A stretch of DNA of 62,007 nucleotides, the filler included, from Candidatus Nezhaarchaeota archaeon WYZ-LMO8 (GTDB lineage: Archaea; Thermoproteota; Methanomethylicia; Nezhaarchaeales; WYZ-LMO8): assembly GCA_004347965.1 (NCBI GenBank). It is 4 parts of 4 records of this genome, joined end to end, with 100 filler letters (N's around TTAATTAATTAA, not from the genome) between each part and the next. Parts side by side here need not be neighbours in the genome. Positions count along the whole stretch, not along the records: positions 16,178 to 31,598 come from QNVF01000030.1; positions 31,699 to 46,846 come from QNVF01000031.1; 2 more parts are not named here. One strand, written 5' to 3'. The translations under genes were made by a program, and so were the position numbers. Positions within the stretch are counted from its first letter, which is position 1. Each line of letters begins with the position of its first letter. This document shows, piece by piece, positions 30,181 through 39,893 of the stretch. Below the pieces are notes generated by a model. It was not told where the DNA came from and ran no database searches. It saw nothing but the letters and a program-made list of their open reading frames with translations.

Positions 30181-31101
30181 GTGGTGTTTAATTTGAGGAG
30201 AAGCTTAAGGACGGCTTTGATGGTTATCTTAATGATCTTGATCTCAATGTTGGTTACATCCTTGATGGCCAATAGCGTTGATTTGTGGACTGTATGGACT
30301 AGGCTTGGAGATGAAGAGTTTTACATAGCTACAGTTGTTGTGCTTTACTTTCTTCTACCTCAAGTTCAGCAAGGTCTCGTGTTGGTACTCGCCGTACTAC
30401 TATCCAGCTCGCTGAACATAGTCTTAAAGTATATATTTAACATGCCGAGACCGCCGGATCCGCTCATCGAGGTATCTGGACCGAGCTTTCCTAGTGGACA
30501 TGCACAAGTTTCATCATCTTTCTGGTCAGCTCTCTCGTTTATAGCAATGAACAAGCTAATTACAGCGATATCGGCAATCATGGTCGTGGGCATCTCAATA
30601 AGCAGAGTTCTTCTTCGAGCTCACTACGATATCGACGTGATAAGTGGGGCTCTAGTGGGATTGGTGATAGGCTATACATCATACTACTCCCTCACATACT
30701 ACTTGAAGAGGAGAAGTCACGTACTCTACTATTTGAGTACTGGGATTGCTATAGCGATGTCTACTTGCAGCATGGTGATTTTTAATGCTGAATTGAGCTC
30801 TTCAACAGCTATTCTTGGGTTAAGCTTAGCCGTTCTCACAATTCTACTAGCTGCAAAGGATAGATTAGCAAGACCCCCCAGCTCCTCAGTGATTACAAGG
30901 ATCACGACAAGCTTGGTTTCCGTAGTATTGTTATTGAGCATTCATTTAGCTACAAAAAGCTTTGATCCATTAATCAGGTTAATCTGCTTCTACATAGCTG
31001 GTCTATGCGTTTTTGCAATGCCATCAGTCATGTCATCAACTATTAGCAAGCGTTCTAAATCGATGGTGAAGAGCGAAGTACAACGTAACGTAGTGGCTTA
31101 A
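30181..31101 (+). CDS. PAP2-family membrane phosphatase
   Basis: K..F.MPRP, SFPSGH, SRV..AH..DV. Confidence 0.9.
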   Translation: MVFNLRRSLRTALMVILMILISMLVTSLMANSVDLWTVWTRLGDEEFYIATVVVLYFLLPQVQQGLVLVLAVLLSSSLNIVLKYIFNMPRPPDPLIEVSGPSFPSGHAQVSSSFWSALSFIAMNKLITAISAIMVVGISISRVLLRAHYDIDVISGALVGLVIGYTSYYSLTYYLKRRSHVLYYLSTGIAIAMSTCSMVIFNAELSSSTAILGLSLAVLTILLAAKDRLARPPSSSVITRITTSLVSVVLLLSIHLATKSFDPLIRLICFYIAGLCVFAMPSVMSSTISKRSKSMVKSEVQRNVVA

Positions 31102-31231
31102 AGCTTCGTGACCTCTTAAGGTTGGCTGTGACTAGATGCGGTAAGGATTTGCAGCTAAAAGTGAGACCTTAAAGCGTATGATAGTGGTTCTCCGGGAAAG
31201 GTATAAATGATAAACCCAACATCTTGCTCCA

Positions 31232-31438
31232 TTAAGATTTAAGACCACGCTTGAAGCTCTTCTCCTCTACTTCTAATTGTTCAGATACCACGTCAACTAT
31301 TCGGTCAGCCATGTAGTTGAAGACTATTTCGGCCACTTCCTCAGCAAAACGCTTATCCTCCTTTAACGCTGTGAGGAGCATGCTCTTGAACTCTTCGATT
31401 GTAATCTTTGATCGTGTATTTGTCGATCCTGAACTCAT
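31232..31438 (-). CDS. Short hypothetical protein
   Basis: GGAGGT RBS before ATG 31438; LLTALKEDKRFAEEVA helix. Confidence 0.5.
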   Translation of the reverse strand: MSSGSTNTRSKITIEEFKSMLLTALKEDKRFAEEVAEIVFNYMADRIVDVVSEQLEVEEKSFKRGLKS

Positions 31439-31598
31439 ACCTCCACCCCTCCTTTTCATTAGAGAGGTTTCAGAGCTTATATAAGTCCCCATTAAGTGAT
31501 GGATCGCTACTAATTCTTCTTAGTTAGGGACAGAATGTCGTAAATCGTTTTGTAGGAAGAGAGTTTTTATTAATTTGTCTTTAAACAAATGTTTTGAG

Positions 31599-31698
31599 NN
31601 NNNNNNNNNNNNNNNNNNNNNNNNNNNNNNNNNNNNNNNNNNTTAATTAATTAANNNNNNNNNNNNNNNNNNNNNNNNNNNNNNNNNNNNNNNNNNNN
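31599..31698. other. Artificial assembly spacer
   Basis: N44-TTAATTAATTAA-N44. Confidence 0.98.
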
Positions 31699-31752
31699 AA
31701 AGTTATAAGTGGTTGCTCTTAGTTCGCATACATCAAAGATTGTGCTCAACAC

Positions 31753-32526
31753 ATGATAAGGGAGGGTATGATCTTGCCTATTGAGAGGGTTGAATCAGGA
31801 ATTCCAGGTCTCGACGAGCTGCTTAGAGGTGGTGTACCAAAGAGGAATGTCGTGTTGTTATCTGGTGGTCCTGGAACCGGCAAGTCCATTTTTGGTCAGC
31901 AGTTCCTCTATCATGGTCTACTTAAGAAACAGTCGGGTATACTAGTTGCACTAGAAGAACATCCAGTTCAGATACGAATTAATATGGCACAGTTCGGCTG
32001 GGATGTTAAGAAGTACGAATCTGAGGGACTTTTCGCGATAGTGGATTCATTTACTGCAGGTATTGGTGAAGCGGCTAAACATGAAAAGTACGTTGTCAGA
32101 GCTGTTGATGACGTTCAAGCGCTAATAGAAGTTCTGAGGAAAGCTATAAAGGACTTAGGGGCAGAAAGGGTTGTAATAGACTCCGTAACCACGCTCTACA
32201 TGACTAAGCCTGCCGTTGCAAGAAGCGTGGTAATGCTGTTGAAACGAGTGCTATCTGGGCTTGGATGCACCTCGATACTTGTTTCTCAGGTTAGCGTTAC
32301 AGAGCGTGGTTTTGGAGGTCCAGGTGTTGAGCATGTTGCTGATGGTATAATTAGGCTCGATTTAGACGAGATCAATGGTAGGCTCTATAGAAGCATCCTG
32401 ATATACAAGATGAGGGGGACAGCACACTCAATGAGCAGACACCCCTTCGATATAACCGATAAGGGGATCATAGTTTACCCAGACAAAACGATATCAATTA
32501 GTAGGGGGAGGTTAGTGGAGGAATAA
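31753..32526 (+). CDS. Single-domain KaiC-like ATPase
   Basis: [44 protein letters not shown]. Confidence 0.92.
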   Translation: MIREGMILPIERVESGIPGLDELLRGGVPKRNVVLLSGGPGTGKSIFGQQFLYHGLLKKQSGILVALEEHPVQIRINMAQFGWDVKKYESEGLFAIVDSFTAGIGEAAKHEKYVVRAVDDVQALIEVLRKAIKDLGAERVVIDSVTTLYMTKPAVARSVVMLLKRVLSGLGCTSILVSQVSVTERGFGGPGVEHVADGIIRLDLDEINGRLYRSILIYKMRGTAHSMSRHPFDITDKGIIVYPDKTISISRGRLVEE

Positions 32527-32726
32527 AGACGTGCTTGTGAAGAATTCGTAAGGGGAAAGTTAAGTTAGGCGTGGAGAACTCGACTAAGTTGAGTTCAAGA
32601 GAGGTTTCTCATTAAAATGAAAAACCAGGAGTAAAAGGAGTTTTTGATGAGGGCCAGAGTAGGATTAGAGAGCTATAGCGGGATCCCAAGATTTATCAAA
32701 TAAAATAAGTCTCATAAACTTGAACT

Positions 32727-33578
32727 TTAAAGCTCTTTTACAACCCTCCTCCTAAACTTGATGAATTCTTTACACTTTCTTCTCTTAGGTGAAGCCAATA
32801 GTGATAGCAGGTAAGCTGTTGAAGTCATAATCCCTATGAGGGCACTCGTGGCTACATTGAAGAAGATCGAGAGAATAAACCCAGTAACCCCTGATACAAG
32901 GGCTATTAGAATTGAGAGAAGAAGCATTTTCTCTAGGTTATGTGAGAACTCGTACGCTGCAGCAGCTGGAGCGATCAATAGGACTATCGCCAAGATTATG
33001 CCCACAACCTTGATCGCTACAACTGAAAACAGGGCAATCAGTGCGACCATGAGGTAGTGATAAAGCGAAGTCCTTAAGCCCATGGCCTCAGCAGCCTCAA
33101 TGTCGAACGTTATGAACTTGAATTCATCGTAGAGAAGAGCTACTATGCAGAGCGTCACTGTAGCAACGATTATTAAGGTGCATAGATCTATTAACGAGAC
33201 ACCTAACACGTCACCCACTATAAACGACCAAGCTGTAGCAGTGTATGTACGAGCTATAGATAGAAACAGTACGGCTAGAGCTGTTGAGAAGCCGAATATC
33301 ATCCCTATGATGACGTCAGCTTTCCTCTCATTACCTTGGCTGACGTATGCTGTTATTCCTGAAAAGCCTAAACTCATTGCTAAGGCCCCCAATAGCGGAT
33401 TTGCCCCACAGATTACTGCTATTGATGCTCCAGCAAACGATGAGTGGGTTATAGCCGCGCTGAGCGTCGAAAGACCCCTCAAGACCGTAAAGGATCCTAC
33501 AATACTAGACACTATTGAGGCTACTATCACCGCCACGAGCGGGCTTAACATTGATGAGTGAAGGAGAAGCTCAAGCAT
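32727..33578 (-). CDS. Metal ABC transporter permease (ZnuB-like)
   Basis: AITHSSFAG, TFD..AAEAMG, VVGIIL. Confidence 0.9.
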   Translation of the reverse strand: MLELLLHSSMLSPLVAVIVASIVSSIVGSFTVLRGLSTLSAAITHSSFAGASIAVICGANPLLGALAMSLGFSGITAYVSQGNERKADVIIGMIFGFSTALAVLFLSIARTYTATAWSFIVGDVLGVSLIDLCTLIIVATVTLCIVALLYDEFKFITFDIEAAEAMGLRTSLYHYLMVALIALFSVVAIKVVGIILAIVLLIAPAAAAYEFSHNLEKMLLLSILIALVSGVTGFILSIFFNVATSALIGIMTSTAYLLSLLASPKRRKCKEFIKFRRRVVKEL

Positions 33579-34350
33579 GATGATCAGCTCCCGATATCAC
33601 TATCTTCTCTCCAGCCATAATTACGGAGACCCTCCTCATGAAAGTCCTAGACAGTAAGTACTCGTTTAATATGTCGCGACTTCGCCCCATGGCAATTATG
33701 GTTCTATTTAATAACATCACGTAATCAGAGACCTCTATGAGCGGATTAAGGTCGTGAGTAACCATTATCACCGTAACCCCTCTATCAGCTTCCTCTCTTA
33801 ACACATTCAATATCACATCCTGGGTTGCAGCGTCAACTCCTGATAATGGCTCATCAAGCAATAAGAGCTTCGGCTCGGTTGCAAGTGCTCTAGCAATTAG
33901 TACTCGTTGTTGTTGACCTCCAGACAAGTGAGCATACGGTTCATCCCAAAAATCATTCATCTCGACCATCTCCAAGGCTCTTCTAGCGACATCATGATCC
34001 TTTTCCGTCAACCTCCTACTCCATCCTTTCTTCGCAATCCTTCCCATTAGGACCACATCTTTAACCAAAACGGGCTTTGTAGGATCTATCCTCTCTCTTT
34101 GGGGAACGTAGCCAATCTGCTTTCTCACCTCATACCGCTCACTTGGCACCTCATACCCCAAGATCCTTATGATGCCAGTAACAGGCCTTACCATTCCCAA
34201 AAGTGCTTTGAGCAACGTGGTCTTGCCTGAGCCGTTTGGGCCAATGATTGATAGGAAAGCCTGTTCCTTGAGCTCGAAAGTAATGTCCTCTAAAGCCAAT
34301 TTATCTTCATATGCTACGGAGAGGTTCTTAACGGAAACAACTGGGTTCAT
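33571..34350 (-). CDS. Metal ABC transporter ATPase (ZnuC-like)
   Basis: GPNGSGKTT, GYVPQ, LSGGQQQR, VTHDL, C-terminal DHH. Confidence 0.92.
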   Translation of the reverse strand: MNPVVSVKNLSVAYEDKLALEDITFELKEQAFLSIIGPNGSGKTTLLKALLGMVRPVTGIIRILGYEVPSERYEVRKQIGYVPQRERIDPTKPVLVKDVVLMGRIAKKGWSRRLTEKDHDVARRALEMVEMNDFWDEPYAHLSGGQQQRVLIARALATEPKLLLLDEPLSGVDAATQDVILNVLREEADRGVTVIMVTHDLNPLIEVSDYVMLLNRTIIAMGRSRDILNEYLLSRTFMRRVSVIMAGEKIVISGADHHA

Positions 34351-35354
34351 CGAGCCCTCAACCTCCATATCAATATTGTTTGTACGATCACTATAACGGT
34401 CAATATTATCGTAGACACCACGAAGACGTCTATGGAGGTTGAGGTTGAAGACATTACTGGTAGATGTTCCACGAAGTGCGCCGCTACGATCATTACGTTG
34501 CGCTTTATGAAGCTGATGTAATCGTCGTCCATGGACATTGGTACCCCGTACAAGTATGCTATTCGAGCTCCAGAAGCTTCTGAGACTAGTCTTGCAATTC
34601 GGCCTTCATCTCCTTCACTTTGCGTTGCGGAGACTATTATTAAAGGGGAAAGTTTTGCCTTCCCTATCGCCTCACTTACATCTCGAGGACCCGGTAGCCC
34701 TTCTCCCTTAACTATTACGTAGGTGATGTTAAGCTCAAGCCATTTAACGAGGGGTTCAAAGTGGTCTGCAGCAAGCACAACTTCCCTGCCCTTTAGCCCT
34801 TTGCCTCCTAGCTTCCTCACTACTTCATCGATTCCTTGAAGCCATAGCTTAAGTGCTTCGAGCCTGTCATCAAACCCACGTATTCGGTTTTCATAGTAAT
34901 CGGAGTTTAAGGGATCAAGTTCAGACATAACTTTAGCGATCTTCTTGGCTATCAATTTAGCGTTATCAGGATAGAGCCATAAGTAGTGTGGATTATCGTT
35001 TTCTATGTGAGCCTCGGTAATCCAGTCATTCCATGAGAGCTCTCTCCCCTTCGGCCTTGGCAATGCACCTAAGAACTCTTCTCGTCCTATAGATATGAAC
35101 AAGTCGCAAGACTCTATTAGTAGCCTATCGCGAGGAGTGGGAGAGTAATGATGTGGATCCACACCTGCAGGCGCTAACACGTGGATTTCAGCTTTATCCC
35201 CTATAACCTCTTTGGCTATGAGATATAGCGGGCTTATCGTTACGATCACTAATGGTTGCTTAACAGAGCTTGCATAAGTCATCAATACGTACGGCGACAT
35301 GATGAAAAGAAGGGAGATAGCGGCCACGATTAACAAGAGGAAGTAGCTTTTCAC
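34347..35354 (-). CDS. Metal ABC substrate-binding protein (cluster A-I, ZnuA/TroA-like)
   Basis: DPHHY, NPHYLW; N- and C-terminal hydrophobic anchors. Confidence 0.88.
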   Translation of the reverse strand: MKSYFLLLIVAAISLLFIMSPYVLMTYASSVKQPLVIVTISPLYLIAKEVIGDKAEIHVLAPAGVDPHHYSPTPRDRLLIESCDLFISIGREEFLGALPRPKGRELSWNDWITEAHIENDNPHYLWLYPDNAKLIAKKIAKVMSELDPLNSDYYENRIRGFDDRLEALKLWLQGIDEVVRKLGGKGLKGREVVLAADHFEPLVKWLELNITYVIVKGEGLPGPRDVSEAIGKAKLSPLIIVSATQSEGDEGRIARLVSEASGARIAYLYGVPMSMDDDYISFIKRNVMIVAAHFVEHLPVMSSTSTSIDVFVVSTIILTVIVIVQTILIWRLRAR

Positions 35355-35453
35355 ATAGAAAGTAAGTTAAATCTGTTATATTAAGTTTTCTCTTCAGTTT
35401 TTATTAATAATATTTAAATTTTTTCTTTTGGTTAGTTAATATATGGTGAGAGC

Positions 35454-35855
35454 TTGACCATAATAACGTTCTCTGTTCCTGAGGAGCTTGAAAAGGACTT
35501 TAATGATGTAGTGAGACAAATGGGCTTTGTAAGTAGATCTGAGGCGATAAGATATGCTCTTAGGCTTCTCTCTTCTGAGCTGCGTAGCTTAAATGAGCTT
35601 AGAGGTAGGGTGTTGGCAGTCATAGCGGCTATTTACGGTAGGGAGTCCGAGAAAGCAAAGGTCTACAAGGTTCAGCACGAGTACGGTGATGTTATTAATG
35701 CGTATTTCCATTCTCACATAGAGGGTACCAAATGCCTAGAGGTCATGGTGGTTCACGGAGAAGCAGAGAGGGTACGTGGTTTCATGAGTGGGCTTAGAGC
35801 TTCGCGAGATCTTGAGCAAATGAGGATTATAATATTGAGCCACGTAGAGGATTAG
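35454..35855 (+). CDS. nikR: NikR-family metal-responsive regulator
   Basis: RHH (SRSEAIR) plus QH...HSH.....CLEV metal site. Confidence 0.85.
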   Translation: MTIITFSVPEELEKDFNDVVRQMGFVSRSEAIRYALRLLSSELRSLNELRGRVLAVIAAIYGRESEKAKVYKVQHEYGDVINAYFHSHIEGTKCLEVMVVHGEAERVRGFMSGLRASRDLEQMRIIILSHVED

Positions 35856-35933
35856 GGAACTGTCCAGCCCTACGACATTAATAGGTAAGCTATTTAATAA
35901 GGTCCTTGATAGTTATCGTAGAGGAATGAGGAG

Positions 35934-37178
35934 ATGTACGACTACGCCAAGATACTAGAGCTTGAAAAGGAGCTCATGCGCAAGGAGAGACAGATAGAAT
36001 ATCTTCAGCTTGAGTTGAAGAGGTATCAGGCAGTCATCGAGGAGCTTAGGCAGGGTACTAGACCGGTAGGAATGGTTCAAGACGTTGTGGAGAATAATGC
36101 TTACGTGAGACTTGAAGGTGGACAGCTATACGAGGTAACAATACCTCCACACCTTAAAGAAAAGGTTCAACCAGGTATTTTAGTTGTCCTATCCCCAAAC
36201 AGAGGCATAATTCTCAACGTCGTTGAGAAGAGGTTTACCGAGAAGAGCTTGTGGAGTTTAAAGGTTGAGAGGAGTGTAAACATATACTATGAGGATGTCG
36301 TTGGGCTTGAGAAAGAGCTAAAAGAGCTAAGAAAAGCCGTGGAATGGGTTTTAAGCCCCGAGATTAGACGTAGGAGAGAGCGTATAATTAAGGATCAAAG
36401 GCTCTTAGAGGAAGCAGGCTCCGTCCTGTTGTTCGGTCCCCCAGGAACTGGTAAGACCTACATGGCCAAAGCCATAGCTGGTTCACTAAGCAGATATGGT
36501 CAGAAGACAGCTTTCATAAAAGTTGAAGCTTATGAGCTCGTATCAAAGTGGCTAGGTGAGTCTGCCAAGAACGTGAGAGAGCTCTTTAAGCTCGCTCGAG
36601 AGGAGGCTCCATGCATCCTGTTTATAGATGAAGTAGATGCAATAGCTAGAGCTAGAACTGAGATAACCTCAGATGCTGGGAGGGATGTTCAAGGAATGCT
36701 TAATCAGCTTCTAACAGAATTGGGTGAAGGATTCCAAGTCAATAAGGATCTAGCGGTGATATTCGCTACAAACTTGCCATCAGTTATCGATCCTGCACTT
36801 CTAGATAGAATAAGGAAGATAGTCTACGTGCCTCCACCAAGGACTAAGGAGGAAGTAAAGAGACTCTTCGATTTCTATCTCTCCAAAGTATCAGTGGACC
36901 CGGAAATATGGGATGGTAACAGCTTGAGGACTGAGGCCTTCGAGGAGTTGTGGAACAACATTAAGCGTAGGAAGCTGATATACGAGACGAGCATACCCTT
37001 CAAGAACATAAGGGTTTCAGACGAGTACTGGATTACGCCTCGAGACGTAAAGAACGTCGTTCAAGAGGCTGCCAGTGATGCCGCATTTCAAGGTCTTGAC
37101 TACGTAACTCTCGACAAGCTCTTGGAGCACGTTAAGGGGCTTACCTTAGAGAAGAGCTTTCAAGCCGTCTTTCTATAG
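35934..37178 (+). CDS. Divergent PAN-like AAA+ ATPase
   Basis: N-terminal coiled coil plus OB-like region, GPPGTGKT, KWLGES, FIDEVD, ATN, DPALLDR. Confidence 0.8.
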   Translation: MYDYAKILELEKELMRKERQIEYLQLELKRYQAVIEELRQGTRPVGMVQDVVENNAYVRLEGGQLYEVTIPPHLKEKVQPGILVVLSPNRGIILNVVEKRFTEKSLWSLKVERSVNIYYEDVVGLEKELKELRKAVEWVLSPEIRRRRERIIKDQRLLEEAGSVLLFGPPGTGKTYMAKAIAGSLSRYGQKTAFIKVEAYELVSKWLGESAKNVRELFKLAREEAPCILFIDEVDAIARARTEITSDAGRDVQGMLNQLLTELGEGFQVNKDLAVIFATNLPSVIDPALLDRIRKIVYVPPPRTKEEVKRLFDFYLSKVSVDPEIWDGNSLRTEAFEELWNNIKRRKLIYETSIPFKNIRVSDEYWITPRDVKNVVQEAASDAAFQGLDYVTLDKLLEHVKGLTLEKSFQAVFL

Positions 37179-38315
37179 TTAAGCTAATCCTAACAAATGT
37201 ATGTTTCCAACGTGTACTCTCTTTAAGTATTGTTTAGCTGTTCTTAGGCACTCCTCTACTTGCCTTCTAGGGGTTATCGGCATATCGTTCATGAAGTGGT
37301 CCGGGTGGAACACTAGCAGGGAGTAAGGAATCTCAGGATTTAAGTCTGCAATGAACTTCGCTATTTTCTCCACTTCGTCAGCTGTAACGTAGCCTGGAAC
37401 AAGGAGCGTTGTTGCTGTTAGTACTGGTACACTAGGTCTTTCATCATAGAACTCCCTCGCTATCATCTCAAAGTTCTCGTAAGCTGCTCTATTAGAGACT
37501 CCACTTAATGCGTAGCTCAACTCTTCACTAAAGCACTTCAAGTCAAACTTTATGTTTCCTCCACTTGCTAAAGCTAAGCTCGCAGCCTCTTTAACGAGAC
37601 TTCTATTGCCGCATCCATTCCACTCAAAACAGATTCGGATAATCCTATTACTTGGCTTCTCCTCTAAAACCCTCTTTGAGACGTTCAAAGCAAAGGGTAG
37701 TTGAGGTTCAGGAGAACCTCCAAAGAAGCATATACACGTGTAGTCCCTGTTTTGTAGTACGTGCCTCATAAATTCGTCACTAGTAACTTTAGGAGCTCCT
37801 AAAAGTAGTTTGTGCGAGGCATTTTGACAGAAGAGACAGTCGAAGTTGCAGCCATAGAAGAATACAGCATAGTTTGCATAGCCAATCTCAGGACCTGGAC
37901 GAGCAGCATACATTGGGTAACCTGACCCTGTTCCAGCTGGACAGAACCATGCTGCACAGCAGTTCGTAACGTGGGGATCGTGGTACCCGTACATAAGTGC
38001 TTCGTTAGCTGTGGTCTTAGAAATTAGCTTACCATTGACGTTCATCCTGAGACCACAGAAACCCACATCCCCCTCACCCATTGAGCACTCATTTGAACAT
38101 ATCGTGCACTTTAAGCCTGAAGACCTCTTAGGAGGCTTTGGAGGAAGACCGTATCGCAATCTAGCCTCTTCATGCGCTCGCTCTATGAAAGGTAGTGCTT
38201 CATCAAACCTGGCCTTAATACAGCCTGCACACACCTCAAGAACCTTAGATATTAACTTGGACTTCTTGCCACAAAGCTTACACTCAACTTCCGTTGCGCC
38301 AATGAGCCTCCACAT
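37179..38315 (-). CDS. Radical SAM protein (PflA/AmmeMemoRadiSam-like)
   Basis: CTICSNEC..CG, GCNFDCLFCQN. Confidence 0.88.
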   Translation of the reverse strand: MWRLIGATEVECKLCGKKSKLISKVLEVCAGCIKARFDEALPFIERAHEEARLRYGLPPKPPKRSSGLKCTICSNECSMGEGDVGFCGLRMNVNGKLISKTTANEALMYGYHDPHVTNCCAAWFCPAGTGSGYPMYAARPGPEIGYANYAVFFYGCNFDCLFCQNASHKLLLGAPKVTSDEFMRHVLQNRDYTCICFFGGSPEPQLPFALNVSKRVLEEKPSNRIIRICFEWNGCGNRSLVKEAASLALASGGNIKFDLKCFSEELSYALSGVSNRAAYENFEMIAREFYDERPSVPVLTATTLLVPGYVTADEVEKIAKFIADLNPEIPYSLLVFHPDHFMNDMPITPRRQVEECLRTAKQYLKRVHVGNIHLLGLA

Positions 38316-38327
38316 AGAGAACTTACC

Positions 38328-39416
38328 CTACATGAAGGACTTAAACCCTCTACGAGTAACTTGCACAGACCCTGTTATTGGTATCGGGTTCTTGCAGTAC
38401 ATACATTTCTTGTCCTCGGTTAGCTTAACCTCATAGACTCCCCACTGAAATCTCTTTATGACTGGATTACCGCATACAGGGCAATACGTATGGTAGCCTG
38501 GATGACCTGGGATGTTTCCCACATAGGGGTACAGTACTCCAAGCTTCTTTGCAGTCTGATAAGCTCTATCTATAATCTCTATTGGGGTTGGAGGGTTCCT
38601 AAACTTGTAAGCTGGAAAGTATCTAGTAAAGTGTAATGGTACTTCTTGACCAGCATATTTGAGGTGGTTCTCTACGACGTGTAGTATGCAGTTCTCATCA
38701 TCGTTTACTCCATTGACAATTAGGAACACTACTTCCACATGTATACCCATTCTGAGGGCTATCTCAACGCTCCTCCACACTAAGTTCTCCCCCTTAACCC
38801 CCACGTACTTCTCGTAGACCTCTTCGTTACCTTTGATATCCACTTTGAGGCCATCCAAGCCAGCTTTAACAAGCATGTCAAGGGCTTCAGGGGACATGAA
38901 GCCGTTTGAGACGAAGCAGCAGTAGAGACCCCTCCTCCTAGCCATTGGGAAGACATCAAGACAGTATTCGAAGAGCATTATTGGCTCGTTAAAGCTTACG
39001 CAAAGCCCTTGATCTTCGTTCTTAAAAGCGATGTTTAACAACGACCTTGGATCAACATAAATGGCTGTTCGAGGATCTGGCTTCGACTTTGAGAGGTGGT
39101 GATTCTGGCACCAAGGACAGTCAAAGTTGCAAGACCACGTTGAGAACGTTAGTGAGGTCGAGCCGGGCCAGTAGTGGAAAAAGGGCTTTATCTCTATTGG
39201 TCTACTCTCAACAGCTGAGAGGTCGCCGTAGGTCATGACGTACAGTGCACCGTTGTAATTGAACCTAGTACCACAGTAACCCCACCCTCCTTCAGGTATC
39301 TTGCATAACCTATTGCAAACAAGGCATTCTACTTTATCATCCTTCTTCTCGAAGAGGCGTGCCTGTCTAACTGTCGGCTTTTTAGTAAGTTCATATATGT
39401 CAACCGCTTTGCCCAA
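38328..39416 (-). CDS. AmmeMemoRadiSam-type radical SAM protein
   Basis: CLVCNRLC, PIEIKPFFH..PG, CNFDCPWCQN, HTYCPVCG. Confidence 0.88.
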   Translation of the reverse strand: MGKAVDIYELTKKPTVRQARLFEKKDDKVECLVCNRLCKIPEGGWGYCGTRFNYNGALYVMTYGDLSAVESRPIEIKPFFHYWPGSTSLTFSTWSCNFDCPWCQNHHLSKSKPDPRTAIYVDPRSLLNIAFKNEDQGLCVSFNEPIMLFEYCLDVFPMARRRGLYCCFVSNGFMSPEALDMLVKAGLDGLKVDIKGNEEVYEKYVGVKGENLVWRSVEIALRMGIHVEVVFLIVNGVNDDENCILHVVENHLKYAGQEVPLHFTRYFPAYKFRNPPTPIEIIDRAYQTAKKLGVLYPYVGNIPGHPGYHTYCPVCGNPVIKRFQWGVYEVKLTEDKKCMYCKNPIPITGSVQVTRRGFKSFM

Positions 39417-39810
39417 ACCTCATGCACTCCATAGTTAATGGTGGCCTTCTAGGAGGAAAACCCTCTACCTTATGGTTGTAGAACCTCCAGCAGACAATAT
39501 TACCTTTTCGTAGCATAACTTTATCGCATGTCTGGTCTGGAAAGTACCATCCACCAAGCTTCTCGTCATGAATGTAGAAGACCCAGCTATGAGTTAGATC
39601 TGACTTAACTCCTTCGATGGCTACAACAACTGCTCCCTTATGACCAGAGGGTTCGTCTGATGAGAAGTAATCTATTGAGAAGGCTTTACGTGTAGCTTCT
39701 AGAACGGTACAACCCTTCTCGACTTTGACCTCTCTAAGCTCGATTCTACCTTTCCCAAAGTTGACATAGATGGGAACTTTAAATGTTCTCTTGAGGTTCC
39801 TAAAAAGCAT
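39400..39810 (-). CDS. DUF4430-like (transcobalamin C-terminal-like beta-grasp) protein
   Basis: TVLEAT, VVAIEGV, SWVFY, G..VCWRF; no signal peptide. Confidence 0.65.
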   Translation of the reverse strand: MLFRNLKRTFKVPIYVNFGKGRIELREVKVEKGCTVLEATRKAFSIDYFSSDEPSGHKGAVVVAIEGVKSDLTHSWVFYIHDEKLGGWYFPDQTCDKVMLRKGNIVCWRFYNHKVEGFPPRRPPLTMECMRFGQSG

Positions 39811-39893
39811 TATGTTTTACCCCTAGTTGGCGACTAAAGGTATATAGGTGTCGGGTTAATCATAAACCTTAAGCTTAAAAGTGAGGGCTTCTC

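Noticed and set aside
32575..32692. Hairpin GAACTCGAC-TAA-GTTGAGTTC and TTGATGA-led C/D-like stretch between convergent genes
   Set aside because: No convincing D/D' boxes; a single hairpin is insufficient to call an sRNA
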